DNA of 64,000 nucleotides from Bigelowiella natans CCMP2755 (taxonomy: Eukaryota > Protista > Cercozoa), in the NCBI GenBank assembly GCA_000320545.1, contig ADNK01003348.1:1-64000 (forward strand). The letters run 5' to 3'. Positions 1 through 15,027 of this stretch are shown one piece after another. Within the stretch, counting starts at the first letter, position 1; the number at the start of each line of letters is the position of its first letter. The notes beneath the pieces were generated by a model. The model did no database searches. It saw only the letters and a list, made by a program, of their open reading frames with translations, and was not told the DNA's origin. The translations under genes were made by a program, and so were the position numbers.

Positions 1-605
1 TTCCTGTCGGGACCAGCCCTCACCTTCGGAGGTCTGCTTTCTTATTGATCCTGATTGTGGCGGAAAATCGCGCGTTAACGGCGTCAACCAATGCCCCTAC
101 TCGACGATCGGGAACAAAATGTTGTGCATATGTGGTGATGCATATGTTTGTATAAAATGCATTCTGTTTATGAATTTACTTATCTAGAGCAGATATAGTG
201 TCTGCGAGCGTTTTGTGTATGCGTTATTTGCCTGCGCTTCGCTATTTTTCTCAGAATGAACGTGATGCGCCGCTATCAGGAAGCAACTACCATGCAGTTG
301 TAATTAGCGTGCTTCGAGCCAAAGAGACAGTAGCGCACCGAAGAGCAAACGAGAAAAAGGGAGGGGGGGAGAGGGTATTATAGAAGAAATGGAAGCACAG
401 CTAACACGTAAAGATTAACACATCGTGTACAGCTAGAAACGCCGAATGGTGTATGGCAAAAGGTCATGAACGGTACAGATCTTAACGCAAACTATCTCAA
501 GATTATCCACTGAAAAATCAATATATCTTCTTTACAACATCAGTGCCACTCCTCCTCCCCCCCCCCCTGGCCCCTCCCGGGGGGTTAACATTTACGTTGG
601 CATAT

Positions 606-3503
606 TACCGAGGTTGCCACTGCTAGAGGGGTAGCCCCATCAGATCTTCTCGCATGAAGAATCACTTTACTTCTCTTTAAGTTACACTTGAGCTTCCTCG
701 CTATCAACTCTAGGATCTCCACCTGATTTGGAAAGCATTCAATTAGGAAGGAGAGGAGGGGGGTGGGGTTTGTGCGAAACTTAAGCACGGGGTATGTGCT
801 TCGAAGTGTAAAGTTGAAGTGAACGTCTCAAAAATAGCCCCCTGTTCCTACCTCCCTCCCCCCCCCCCCTTGTTTTCCTTGAAGCACCGAATTTGTTTCA
901 CAGGCTGCGTGGAGGCACGTAGAGGACGTATCCTTGCTCACAAGATCCACATCTAAGCGATATATATATATGTTTTCACAAATGTATAGTGTGTACATGA
1001 TATATAATTGTAATAAATTATTGGAAAGAGTGAGTTATTCAGAGCGTCTCCTCACTTATGATACAGTGAGATTTTCATCTCATATGTGTTTTACGTACGC
1101 GCGCCGTGAGCTATTAGCAGGGAGATAAGCGCAATGAGTGCCGACTCCTGTTTGCTTCCTGGATCGTTACACATATAAGGCAGGGGGAGGGGAGGGGGAA
1201 AGGAAGGGAGAGGAAGAGTCGTGAGAACGCCCACGCAACAATGGAACGATAAGTCCAAGCTACTTCTCGTGTAGCAGCTCCTATTTCAGGACAGCACAGC
1301 ATTAGATGCAGAGGCAATTGCTGTAGTATTCCAAATACTACACATAGATACGTGCGTATATTTCCACTAACTTTGACAGAAAGGGATGCAAATTGCCCGC
1401 CCATTGCCTAACCCCCCACCCGTACGTTCTTCCACAAACACTTTACAAAAGATTTGCCGGACGCCCAGTACTGCAAGACCTTTGTCTCTCGCAGCAGCTT
1501 CTTCCTTTCTCCGTCCATTTCTGCGAGCCTTGTGTTTGGATGCGCACCCAACGGCACACATCAGAGGTGTCAACCTGAGGAATTTCGCGCAAAAAACATC
1601 GAATGCACAGGAGCAGCAGCAGCAGCAACAAAGAGCTGAGATACTGAGGTCGTTCGTTCATTGAAGATCACGCAACGTGCATATGACGATTTTGGCCTCA
1701 TTCATCAACGCGAACAATTAAAGATGTTTCCCTTGCTACTTCTTTACGTCTTTCTCCTTTCCATTTCGCAAACAATCAAAAACAAAAACAATGCATGGCG
1801 ATCGCGGCTTTCTCCCCCCCCCCCCCAACCCCCCTACCAATGCTCGTCCCTAGCGTTGACGTCCGCGCCGCTCCGAATGAGAATCTCCGCACAACCTAGG
1901 TGCCCTTGCCCACACGCCTCATGCTATCGTGATATGTCGATGTTGAAGCATATCCGTAAGATACATCAGTCTCATCGTCTAGGTCAGGCATTCATTAACT
2001 AATCGCTGTGTTTACCAAAGGCGTTCTGAGCGTCGACTCCGCTCTTAAGCATGGGTCAGCTAAGTGGAGAGGCATAGTAAAAGCCAAGATATAGAAAGAC
2101 GCGAGGAATCAGCTCATCACACGACGACGTCATGATGACATTGCCCTCCCCCGCCCAGAATGATGTCAAAGCAGACCTTCATATTTCTCAATTAACATCG
2201 TCAGTAGCTCGGTCGCGCCGTATCGACTCGCAGTGTGGATGCAGGATTCCCCTGTCTGCTCAGACACATATCAACGCAAATAAAATGAGAAAGACGCTGA
2301 CATTCAGTTGATATTTTGCAACGATGGCTAGAAACAACACGCGCGGAACTCACGATGCGTCGCAGTAGCAGCCCCTCAATATACTGGATGTGTCCCCAAG
2401 GGAGTCTATCATCGATTCCGTTTGTCACTACCCCTCGTCCCCCCCCCTCTCTATTTTGAATGGAATAAGAAAATCATGACCACAATATCGACGGCATTAG
2501 CATTCGCCCCCTGCTCCAACAGATATTCCGCGATTTCAACCTGGGGAAAACGGAGTAGGCGAGTGCACCACAATCATCAAGTCAGAACTCGAATGTCGTT
2601 GCATCTCAAGCCCCCCCCCCCCCCCAACCTTCCCGCTCCCTTCCCGGCTCTCCATTGTCTCGTTTGATATGGCATTCTGTGATGTATGGAGCCTCGACGG
2701 CCACTACCTTATCGTAGCGCGCGGCGATGCTGAGAGGTGAAGCTTTCATTAGCGGTTGCTGGTCTAGGCTAGCACCAGCTTCTATCAGCTCGATCACGCC
2801 CTCTAAGAACCTGATTTCGAGTCGAAATTGTATGATAATGATGATGATGATGATGTTGATGTACGGACGCGTACACTATCATGGGCGTTTGAGGATGTTG
2901 AAACTCGTGAGAACAACGGCAAATATATAATTCTCGGCCCAGAAAATAGTTGCGGGAGTATGCGGTGAAGGGTGAGTGAGTGTCATTCCGGTCAATTTTC
3001 CATCAAAAAATGCTCTCTCTGCAGCACACTCGAGCATGCTTTGTCCCACCCCTCGCTAATCGCAACTGAGAGCGCTGTTACTTGCCACCTCCCCTGGCCT
3101 CCTGAGCGTGTGGAAACATAAACGATGAATACCATCTCGAGGCCATCAATTAAAAGAAACGTTACGGAGGAATTCCTTTTTCTATAGCACGACGCAGTCA
3201 TTGTCGTAGAATCTCCCCCCCTCCCCCCCTTCTCATGTTTCCCCACATCCCTCAACACTTACAGAGTTGAAATACTGCGCCTTAATCTATGCAAATATGA
3301 CTTGAAGCGGCAGCACAAAATTACCGAAAACCCCTAAACTTAACAGCGACAGAGCGCCAAGCAGTTTAACACGTTCTGCTCATCGGTTGGTTACCTGGAA
3401 ACGACTCATCGGGAATATATCCATCTGGATGTGCGCCGTATGACAGGAGAATGCGCATACACTCTATCGACCTGCTCACAAAGTTCCAGAGGCGGGTTTG
3501 CAT

Positions 3504-3556
<53 letters not shown>

Positions 3557-4778
3557 GGGGGGAGGGGACAGAGAAAAATTAAGACAGCGAGTCGAAACAC
3601 GCAGGATAGAAGAAATGGAAAGAAGAACTCAAAGCCCATCAAATGCTGTCGATGGAGGCGATAAGAAGAGGGAGAGATGGGGGCGTGAGGGGAGGTAAAC
3701 CGTGCGTATGTAGCCAAGGCCAAAGGACCCATCAGCCTCTTCCGCTCATAAAGGACATCCCGACGATGATAACTGACACTTACAAAAACACAGCGACAAC
3801 GACAACAACAGCAACGAACGTCGTGATTACAATGAATAGAGTGGTTTGGTTGTAAACAGAATACGTGCACCTTCTAGCTTCTTCCGACCCACTTCCGGCC
3901 TCCACGCTGCTTTCGTCATCATGACCAGCAGCAGCGTTGTCGTCATTGCTGTCATCCTCGCTGCCCTCTTCTTGAGTTCTAGTACCCTCGTGGAGTAGCC
4001 TGTGGAGGGGAAGAAATGTAAGGCAACATTGTAACGGGGGGGGGGGGGGGTATGAGACCTATCGAGCCGTTCTTTGCCTAATGCTTCGCACAACACCTAT
4101 CACAGGCAGGAGAACCGTCACAAACAAAGCCGATGAATGTAAACATCCCCACCCCCCCCACCCCCCCACAGCTATAATCGCTATGTACTATAGACAATCA
4201 TGAAGCAGCATGTTGGCAGCAGCAGCAAGCACCTGCAAGGTAGGAGCGTCGCCATTTGCAGCTAGAAGGCCAAAATTATGTTCCCCAACGCACCATAAGC
4301 AACACGTTTTTCAGAATACAGAATATCAGTCTCATCTTCTTCCAACTGTCATCAAATAAGGACATTTCCATATGTATATGTATTTATGTATAAATTGCTT
4401 TGACCTGCAATATGGACGAGGGTGAGCTTTCTCCCGGGTACTGAGGCCTCTACGTTTGCTCTGTTATCGCAAAAACAAGTGACAGAAAACATAAACTTCC
4501 CCATCCAAAGCAGTCATTCCAGACACCCATTATTCAAACATTTCACTGGCACTTGCTCGCGGTGGGAAATGCGCTACTCGTTAGCGTCTATAGCATTTGC
4601 TGCAGTTATATGCGTCATCAGCGACCCGTGCTCGACAAGGACCTCCACGACATCTGCCCTACTCAGCTGCACGGCTTTTGTCAGGGGTGTGTTTCCTGAG
4701 AGGATGAAAAGGTAAAAGGTCGTGTGAGCACAAATATACACCTGATAATGTTCGTATATATTTTTAGCTGTGTACATA

Positions 4779-4847
<69 letters not shown>

Positions 4848-5740
4848 TGTATGCGTGCGTATGTATGCGTGTATGTGTGTGAATCTGACCCTCGTTATCT
4901 GCCTTATCGACGTTAGCACTGTTGTCAAGGAGGATTCGTACTACTTCTGTATGGCCTTGGCGAGCAGCCTTGGAAAGAAAGGCGAAAATACAGAATATGC
5001 TATCTCAACCAGAGCTCTTAGGGCGGAGATTACAAGAAATTGTTCGAGACTGTTCATATTATTATTCCAATTATCTACTGTTACTGTTGTGGTAAGAAGG
5101 TGGTAAAATAAAAGGGGAAACCAACACTTGTTTTATCTCTAAGCTAGGCAAAGACCTCAAACAGAGCAGTCTCTCCTGCGTCATTCATTCGATTCACCTT
5201 TGAAGGGAAGACAAGGTATAGAGCACACACACACGCACGCACACGCACACGCATCCACAGTCAGTGAGACTCTCAGAAGGATCAGAGTGAAAGAAAAGGA
5301 AGAAAGATAGATGGAGAGAGCTGCAGATGAAATGTGCAGAGGAAGCATGCTTTCCCATCTTCAGTGTACTGACATGACTACAGTAGTATTGCCTTGAAAA
5401 TCAGCGCACAAACAAGGACAACGGGAAATCAAAGACCACCCAATCAACCCACACCTCGAATTTCGCGTGAGCTACCCCATTCTTCGCCAACAGGTGTTGG
5501 ATCTCTCGAATATCCCCTCTTGACGCTGCAATATGCAGAGGTGTCCTACCGAACACGCCTATTTCTACTGGCGACGGTCTGCCCCCTTCTTCTACTGGTC
5601 TAGCAGTCTCTTCTCTCGCGCCATCACTGATGTTGAGGGCACGCATCCCTTCGCAGTTCGACGTCTGCGTGTGCTGCTGAGAGCAAAAAGTCAGGACGTG
5701 CAGATAATCGTCTCCGCCTTTGCATCCATCTCTCTCTCTT

Positions 5741-5787
<47 letters not shown>

Positions 5788-6206
5788 GTATCTATCTATG
5801 TATCTATCTATCTACCTATCTCTTCCCTTCCCACCCCCATCGTCGTGTTTCCTTTCATTTACACCCCCCTCGTATCTCCTCTCCCTTCATATTCCGCAGG
5901 TCAATCGAAAAGTCGTGTGGGGCAGACCAGAGCCTCAGCCGTTGCCGATGAGAAACCGCCGCGTTTGTTCATCAGGAATGGCCACTTTTGACTAGCCAAT
6001 CGAGTATCATAATGTTTCCCCTCGCTTCCAGCCCCCATCGCTGATCGACGTCTATTCCTCCGAGCCAGGCCTTCGCCCACCCTCCCTGCAGGGAAGGCCA
6101 GCCAACAGGAACACAAAAGAGAGAAGAGCATGACAGTTATAAGCCAACGCGTCCGATTTTCATGGTTGCGGCGGGGGCGCAGTGTCCCGCTGCGGCAAGC
6201 CGCCAT
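606..6206 (-). CDS. Multi-exon ankyrin-repeat protein (5' and 3' ends uncertain)
   Basis: Ankyrin exons on the minus strand: GRTPLHIAASRGDIREIQHLL (~5490-5560), AARQGHTEVVRILLDNSANVDKAD (~4890-4970), GNTPLTKAVQLSRADVVEVLVEHG (~4600-4700), ECMRILLSYGAHPD (~3420-3470), SPLSIAARYDKV (~2700-2760), VEIAEYLLEQGANANAVD (~2485-2540), TPLMCAVG (~1545-1575), DGATPLAVATS (~610-645). ORF 5901-6206, which has a hydrophobic segment, is only a candidate first exon. Confidence 0.7.
4786..4850. repeat. Representative compound intronic microsatellite (CT)n(GT)n; similar (TA)n, (CA)n, (GA)n, (GAT)n and poly-C/G tracts occur in many introns across the window
   Basis: Directly visible. Other examples at 3514-3552, 12025-12075, 16875-16910, 38411-38515. 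Confidence 0.95.
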
Positions 6207-6876
6207 GAGTCGTCGCCGCCGCCCCCCTGTGCTCTCAGCTGGAACTTCGGGGCGAGGTTTCTGTTAGGATGTGCGCGATTTGAAAAAAGTGGCTTGCAAA
6301 ATGCGTAAAGAACACGACCGATTTCCCATGTCGCACGGTCAAAATCCAGGGGAAATCATCTCGCGGAACGGCTTGCCGGATCGATCTCAAGACTAGGTTT
6401 GCCGAGATCCGGCAAGGAAACGCTGGAGCACTCCGGGAGCGGCAGGAAGTATTTGTTGTCGCATGCCACGAATCCTCTGTTTGTTAGGATTTTCGTCGTG
6501 GTATTTTATGCGAAATCGGCAAGCTGTTATCTCATATTTGTTTCCCTTTCTGAATGCTCTGCGTGCTCCCCCTGGAGACAAGAGCTCATGTTTACGGGAG
6601 CATTTCCCCGTGATGCGGGAGCGTTCTTGGATATAGATCTCATCGGCAACGCGTTTCGAGCTTCTTCCGGCGATTAAATCTAATCCCCACCCCCTCGCCT
6701 TCTCCGCTCAGCTGCGCCACCCGCTTTCGCCTGCATTTTTTCTGGTTTCGGTTCTTCTCATGTCGGACATCCGACGAGAAGAGAGGAGCAGATGAGAGTT
6801 TTTCAATCCCATCTCTTGGTCTTTTCGAGTGTATCCATAATATCTTCTCTCTTACATTGTTTCCTACTTGGTTGCT

Positions 6877-7756
6877 ATGCGAAACCTGAAGGAGAGGGAG
6901 GGGGACCGCACGGGATTCGGAGGAAGACCTGCCAGGAATGTGTATATGCCAGCTCGATATACAATACAAGACGAAGGTTTTTTGAGAACAACGCCTCGTA
7001 TTGTCGTAACTTCATCCTCCCCCCGCCTCCTTATCCTATCAAGAATGCTCCCATAAACCACATTAAACCTGCTAATTTCTCCATGTGCAAACGTGTTAAT
7101 AAACAGTGGGCAGCAGGGCAATTTAATCGTCGGGGTGCAAGGTGGGGGTAAGAAGAACAAGAACAAAAAGAACAAGGCTCTGGAGTTCTTCAGCGATGAT
7201 GACCACGTAGTAGTAGTAGCAGTAGTAGTGGTACTAGTAGTAGTAGTAGCACCAGTATGTGCAAGCTGGCAAAGAGCGACATCACAAAATATTAATTTTC
7301 ATGGTAATAATAAATATATTACACACATGCAGCGCGCGTGTTGGCGTGTTGGAGCCAGTTGCATGGATATCATATGCTGGTGTGAGCGTATAGATGGCAG
7401 GTGTCTTTCATACGCTTCAGACCTCCAGAGATATCTTATTGACAACAACGAAAATTAAGCTCAATACTGATGTGAAGAATGCGACAAAATCAGGAGCTCG
7501 ATTCACCACACGACAACGCGTCTAGGCAGCAGCACCAACAACAACAGCGAGCCCAAGAGCAGCTGAAGAAGCCACGACGCCGGGCTCTCAAGGAAAAGGT
7601 GTAGGAGCCGGGCTTGAAAATAATAGAGTGTGCGGTGTAGGAAAGTAGCAAGAGAGTCCAGAACGACACAACAACAACAACAACGACAACAACAACCAAC
7701 ATCATCATAGGGTATAAATAGATATTTGGTGTCACGAAGAAACAGATAATAGCTAA

Positions 7757-7809
<53 letters not shown>

Positions 7810-7904
7810 CACACAGAAGGGGGGGGGGTTGATTTAGGCTGAATGCTTTGTTTCCCTCATGGATACAGCCGAAGGGAGTACCAGGACAGAAGAAAGAATT
7901 CGTT

Positions 7905-7946
<42 letters not shown>

Positions 7947-7977
7947 TTCTCTCTATCTGTTTTTGTGCTCCCTCAAT

Positions 7978-8011
<34 letters not shown>

Positions 8012-9269
8012 GTGCTCGTGTGTTCCCCTTCCCCCCCCCTTTTCCAATTGTGCGTTTTTCGAGCCACGTAAACACGAACCTCACTTAGCGCCCCCCAGAA
8101 AGCACAGGAATGTTTGTTGTGTGGTTGTTCTCGTTGCTGTTGCGTGTCGCTGTTGCGGCAAACTCGTCAGCCGAAGAACTTCAAGGGGGCGGCGGTGAAA
8201 AAGAACCAGTGGACACCAAAGCGTCAGAAGGCATCAGCTGCGGATAAGGTGAAACACCCGTTCTAGTACCCACATCCCCTGCTATTGACTCCATTCCTCT
8301 TCTTCATTCTCCGGGCTCAACCTCACCCCATTTTCCGTCCATCTCCTCCTCCTCCTGCGCCTCACCCCCGCCCGCATGTCCCAGGACGCTGGCGACGATG
8401 TTGAGCTGGAGGAGTTCGGAGGAGGGGGGAGGGAGCGAGAGGGCCGGCATCGGCGTCAGCGTCGGTCAGCTGAAACAAGCTCGAGCTCATCTGACGAAGA
8501 AAAACCAGATGGGCAGAAAGATCGCAGCAGCAGAGACGGCGAGGGCATTCGTAGCGAAAGGATAGAGCCGAGCACCTCATTCAAGCCATCATCCGCGGCG
8601 GTGGGGAGGGGGGTGCAGACTGGTGGGATGGGTCGTGGCAGCAGTAGCCGCCCCCGCGCTGATAGCTACGACGATAGCGGAGGAGGGGCTGGGAGAGGGG
8701 CAGATTCACACGGTTCTGAAGGTAATGACACCAACGATGGCCAAGGATACGGGGAAGAAGACCAGAGGGACTGTGGGGTGAGCGATGACGATAATGGTGA
8801 TGCTGATGATGCGGCGCAGGATTGTGCCGCTGGCGACGTTGTCGGTGTCGGCCAAGAGGGAGACGAAGGGGAGAAGGGGGAGGGGGAGGGGGAAGCTGTT
8901 GCGAATAAGAGAACCGCCGATTATAGTAGTCATAGCACCCATCCAAAGCCCCGACAGCCGTCCTCTTCACATCTGCCTAGCACCCCCCCCCCGAACGAAC
9001 AAGCAGTCCCCATGCCCACGACGGGGGGGGACCCACTGCAACATCTCCGCTCTCTCAGCTCTGCCTACGGCATCTCTGAAGAGGTATTCCGTGTTCTCGA
9101 AGGAGAGGGGCTAGCAGACGACGATCTCCAAGCTCTCGAGGTGATATCGCATGATGTCATACACAATATTATATGTGCATATATGATACATATATAATAC
9201 TATCTTAGCATCGTTGCCACCTGTCATCGCGGTAACACAGCCCTCATTTGTCACGATGCAATTGTGTGG

Positions 9270-9322
<53 letters not shown>

Positions 9323-10535
9323 TTTGTGCGTCGGTCTCTATGTTACTCATGGTTCGTGGAAGGCAAGCGAGATCGAGGAGTTAGGGGTGTCAAGTGAGCA
9401 AGCGACGCTCATCGTGCGGGCAGTGAGGGGAGGACAAGTTCCGACCACCAACAGTCCTGACTCGGGGGGTGGGGCTTCCAAGGTTCACCGACGCATGCGT
9501 GTGTGCCTTCACTCGTTTCGAATGAGGACGTGCACATTATTTCCAAAAAATAAAATCGACGACGATAATATTGCACGCTCCGCGACTGCCCGGGGAAGCA
9601 AATACGACGGGGCAACGATCGAAGTGCTGAAAATGGAGAGGCAGGCCAATATTCTGCCCATCCATTATCTTTCGATTACTGTGATCCAATACGACACGGC
9701 CATTGCGCCTTGTGTCTCATATTTGCAACTTCTAGCATGCATTTACAATATATATATATATATATATATATTGTGTGTGTGTGTATACTTGTGTGGGTTG
9801 TGCGTGTTTGTGTGTATTTTTGTGCAGCTTTCTCGCCTGCGAGCGCTTGCAGATGAGTTTCGAATAGACGAGGAGACGATAGTCAAGCTTGAGATGGAAG
9901 GTGTTGCTGCTACTGCTTGCGACTTGTTTACTATTCAAAAGTCCTCTAGTTATCGAGTGAGGAAGAAGAGTACGTGTAGAGAGGGAGGGAGAGGATCAGG
10001 GTTGGAAAGGCCCGTGATGTTTGCCTTCAATTTCTTTTGTCAGAGAGATGATGAAAAAAAGGTTATGCGTGAGAGACAGAACCGTCACTTGCATGTGGGC
10101 GTGTGATGCAGGTCTTGACGAAAACGACCTCTCTGAAATGGACAAATCGGACTACAAAGATCTCGGCATAAAGCTCGGTCAGGCCCTTCGCCTGCTCAAA
10201 GCCTCGAAGGCGATGATGGCAGCAGCTGCTCAAGCAGTACCGCAACAACAACAAAAAGCAACACCAAGCGAGAGCCGCCGCGGCGAGAGTGGCGAGCTGA
10301 AAAACGCTGAAAAGCAGGCGGTTACTCCTGCTCCGACACAGCAGCCTACCATGTCGCCGACGCCGCTCCCAACGCCCTCTCCCACGCCTCAACCGACAAC
10401 GACTCCGGAGCCTACGCGTTCTCCCACCCGGCCGCGTCCACTTTTCGAGAAGATGCAGGGCGTGTGGGAGTCTGTCGATGTGGGTGGCCTTCGTTGTTGT
10501 TTGATTGATATTGATGATGTGTGGTGTATATATAA

Positions 10536-10569
<34 letters not shown>

Positions 10570-11065
10570 CTGTTACTGCTATTTTGTCGATTCTGAATCG
10601 TGGTGTTAGAACGAGAATAGTTAATGACGATAGTCTTGGTGGAGGTGGGAGCTGCAGATGGTAGGAGGTGAAGGATATAATCGGTGGTATTTTTTGCCAG
10701 GGGTCAATACACAAGCTTGATGCCGACGGAAATGTCTGTTCTGCTGATGAGGAGAAGAAAAGCGTCAGCTCAGCGTGGGGTTGTCTCAAGGCCGCTTCCA
10801 TTCCGAAACAACAGTAATGCATCTTGTTTTGGTGAAAATTGCGTATTATCACCCGCTTTCATGAATGCGAGCACTGGGGTGGAGTACAGTATCTCTTCTC
10901 CCCTGCATCGTTTTTAATTGCACTTGTAAATTACACTTCCTTTTTTTGGTGCGGTACGGACACCAAGCAGGATCTCAACCGCCCGCTCTCGGTCTCTAGC
11001 GGTGCAATCAGGCGGCATCTTAACAGTAAACATGACCGTCTTCGGAGACGACGGTGTCTACACAG

Positions 11066-11104
<39 letters not shown>

Positions 11105-12041
11105 TTATACATAATCCGAGCAGCTTAAGCACTCCTGTGCATTCTAAAGCGCCTCTCTCCCTCCCTCCCTCACGCATCTATTTCTGATTTAAAAATAACC
11201 AAAAGGTTGGGATGGAAGTGGTCAAGCGGGGGAGGCAGGACGCCATTGTACTGCAGCTTCTCTGGAGCGATGGTGAAGTTCTTTTTGATGATACACATAA
11301 CAACGTTTAAATGACCGCACAGCACGCCCATGTGTCGGTTTATTGGACATCCAACGGCTTCGAATTTCATCGCTGTATCCGTCTACATCTGACATATCGT
11401 CGTCTCGATGCTTCTCTGTTCTTCCAGGAGACAAGTGGACCATGCGCCCCCCCGATGAGGACAAAAGCACGGCAGCAGGAAAAGGCGCGGGGGGGGTCGG
11501 CGCCGTGGCAGACATGATGGACAAAATGATGAGTAGATCTTCCAAGAAAAGTAACCGTGCATTCGTTCTGTTTGCCTTGTTTTTCATTTCGTCAAATAGT
11601 ATCATCATAGGCACTAGAATATACCCCCACATTTTGTACAACTTCCCGTCTTTCCTCGCCCCCCTCCCCTCCCCTTTTCTGGCTTATCAAACTCGGATGT
11701 GTTTTTACATCATTTAGAAAACAAAGCGGAAGGAGAGAGCGGGGGGGTGGATAAGGCCTCATCAGCGTATCAACAAAAGACAAGACAGAAGTCAGCTTCA
11801 TCGAAAGGTGAAGTGCCATAGTTTTAAAACATGATAATGGCTAAATTGCTCGCCTTCTCTCTCTCTCTCTCTCTCTCTCACTCTCTCTCTCTCTCTTTGC
11901 CTCGACGTTATCTTTACTAAATAGAAGCAGCTAGTAGCCTCGAAAAGGACCGAGACGGTGGGCGCGTGACGCTCGATGGGCTGATACACGAACTTGACCG
12001 CAAAATCCTCCTGTTCGTGCCTCGATGATGACGACGACGAC

Positions 12042-12076
<35 letters not shown>

Positions 12077-12217
12077 CCATGACAATCGTGATGATGATGA
12101 CTACAATGATAACGATGATAATGATGGTAATGATAATTAATAATAATAATAATAATAATAGCAGCAGTGGTGCTGATGATGATGGCGATGACAACCCCAA
12201 GCTCGCATGTATGTGTA

Positions 12218-12256
<39 letters not shown>

Positions 12257-12751
12257 ACGAGCGTGCTTCTACTACTTGAGCATATGATCACCGCAATCCA
12301 ACCATCCATCCGCCCATCCATCTATCCACCGCCCTTCCTTCCTTCAGGGAGAAAAAGAACAGAGACCGTATCAACCGAATAGCCGCCGCGCAGGCGTCTG
12401 GCACTCCGCACTCTATTCCCAACGTGAAAAAGACGGCTAAGCAAGGCAGTTCTCCATCAACGCAAGGGACCGGAAACGGTAGCAACCTATCCTCCTTCTC
12501 CTCTCCTCCCCCCCCTCCTCTTCCTCCCGGCAGTGTTGTGGAGGAAGAGGCAGGTGGCGAGAGGAAATTAAAGAAGAAGAAGAAAACGAAGAAGACTGGT
12601 GATGACGATGATCGGCCCCCCTCTTTGCTCGATGGAATGAGGGCTTTGGGACTTGGCTCCAGAACAGCCGCTGACGACGAGGAAGGGGGGGAGGAGAAAG
12701 GGAAAATCAAGATGCAGCAGAATAAATCTGGCAGCCTAGAAATCGCAGGTG

Positions 12752-12788
<37 letters not shown>

Positions 12789-13131
12789 ATCACACACGCA
12801 CAGGCGAAAGCGTGAGTAGTACGTGCAATTGCTCAGCTCTGTGCCAAATGAAACATACCGTGCATGCTATTCATGTAATGTGATGAAATTCAAAGATACG
12901 GCGGAGGCGATGAGGCTAGGGAGAAAGGAGCGAATCGTCCGTGAAAAGGCGCTCGAGGAAAAAAGGCGCCGCGCAGAGATGCTGAAGGCATCGAAGGAGT
13001 CCCTCAGCGCGTCGTGGGGAGGAGACACAAATGTGCGATGAACATCTTGAAAATCGATGATAGAAATTCTGCTCTGATATGCGCATGTGAGGGGGAATAT
13101 AAGAAATATGTGCACACACACACACACACCC

Positions 13132-13162
<31 letters not shown>

Positions 13163-13555
13163 CTTACTCACTGGAAACGAATCTTTCGAATCCTCCGTGG
13201 CAGAGATCCCACCGAACACCAAATCGATAATTCGGCGACGAATTTGCTAAAACCAACGATGATGCTTTGCAATGCGTAGGCTGACCCCATGGCGAAGCAA
13301 GTGAAGGTTGAGACGCTAACTCTCTCGGCTGGGGAGAAGGTCAGTAGTAGTGATTTCCGTGCAAATGTCCAAAGCTATTTGTTTAGCATGCTTTCTCCGA
13401 TGCGCTGTCACGCTCATGCAAGGGCGCGCGTCCATTGAATGGGCTGTTTTTGTTTGCTTTGGCGAGCCAGGTACTTCTTTCTGAGTGCAGGCTGAATTTG
13501 CTGTGCGAGCGGGGATTCCGGTACGATGAGCGATGAGAATGGCGTCGATGTTGAT

Positions 13556-13589
<34 letters not shown>

Positions 13590-14989
13590 CGATGGTGGTG
13601 ATGATGATGATGGTGATGATGGTGATGATGGTGATGCTAAGTCCCATAATATTAAAAGAGTCGCGAACACGCTAGTATCTTGACACATACGACGATGAAA
13701 ACTTTGCTCCTGTACGAGTTGGGGAAAGAGCGAGCGTATGTTGGTTGTGAGGTTAGATTCTTGCGATGTCCTTTCAGTAGCATTTGTTACCGCAAACACA
13801 ACACATAGGTACGGCCTAGTTGGTCCCAACGGAATGGGCAAGTCAACTCTCCTCAACGTAAACTCATGCACGCGCGCGCGCGCGCGTGTGTGTGTGTGTG
13901 CGTGCATGCGTATCGGCGCGCATTCGTTAGGAGACGTCTGATTTTATGTGCGTATTCGATGATGATAATACGTCAAAACTGGGCAACAAGTACACGGTCT
14001 AGTTCTTAAGAAGCAGCGTGGTGAGATTTGAGAGTTCTTTTCCAGGGAATGCTGCTCCGGCCTTGAAAGGCCCGAGCAATACATTAAAATATAGGATATG
14101 GTTCCAACACTTCGCACGCTATTTTTCTGTAATTTGTAGGCGATTTCTTCTCGAGCCATACCAGTGCCCTCCTACCTCGAAATAGGTGAGTAGATCTTCT
14201 TTTCACCCCTGCTGCTGATGGATGGTGCTGCTGCTGCTGCTCGTTGATAATGAAAGTCTTATCCATTCGGTATAAGCCGGTGGTAGGAGATGTGCTGGTG
14301 TATGATTAAGATAGTGAGGTTTTGAAGACCGTGTTTTGTTGCGGACACGACAAATGCGTGCATGAGAAGCGTGTGCATACGCACATTCACAGTTGTAGAG
14401 AGATACAGAAAGGGTTGGAGGGGGGGGGGGGGGGGGAGAGAAATGGGGATTGAACACGTGCGTATTAGTTATGAGTGTTTGTTTGTTTGTTTGTTTGTGT
14501 GTGTGCGTGATCAATATTGATTTGTATTAGGGTTGATATCCCAAGAAGCACCGATATCAAACAAATCGGCTGTTCAAGTCGTGATGGCCTCTGATCTAAG
14601 GGTGATTGTTGCTGTTGTTGTTACTACTATAGCTAGCGGGAATCGTATAGTGCGGTCATGGTGTGCGCAATCGCTTGCATGCTTCCTCTTAGAGCACGTA
14701 GGATATATATTGCTCATATGCAAGGGACACTTGATTCTTCGTTTGCTGTTTGAATCGACCCTGCGGAGATTGCCACTGAGCAGACGATTGATGTCGCTCT
14801 TAAACAGGTGCAGAAGCTTGAGGAAGAGAAGAATGTGATACAACAAAAACTAGATCGCAACGAAGGGGGGCTTGACGCGCAGGATGACGATGGTAAATTA
14901 AGAGCGTTGCATTGCTGTCTTTAAAATGTTTCTCTATTTTCCTCTCGTGCAAAGCGCTGTCCTTAAAACATACTTGCATTCAAAGATTC

Positions 14990-15027
<38 letters not shown>
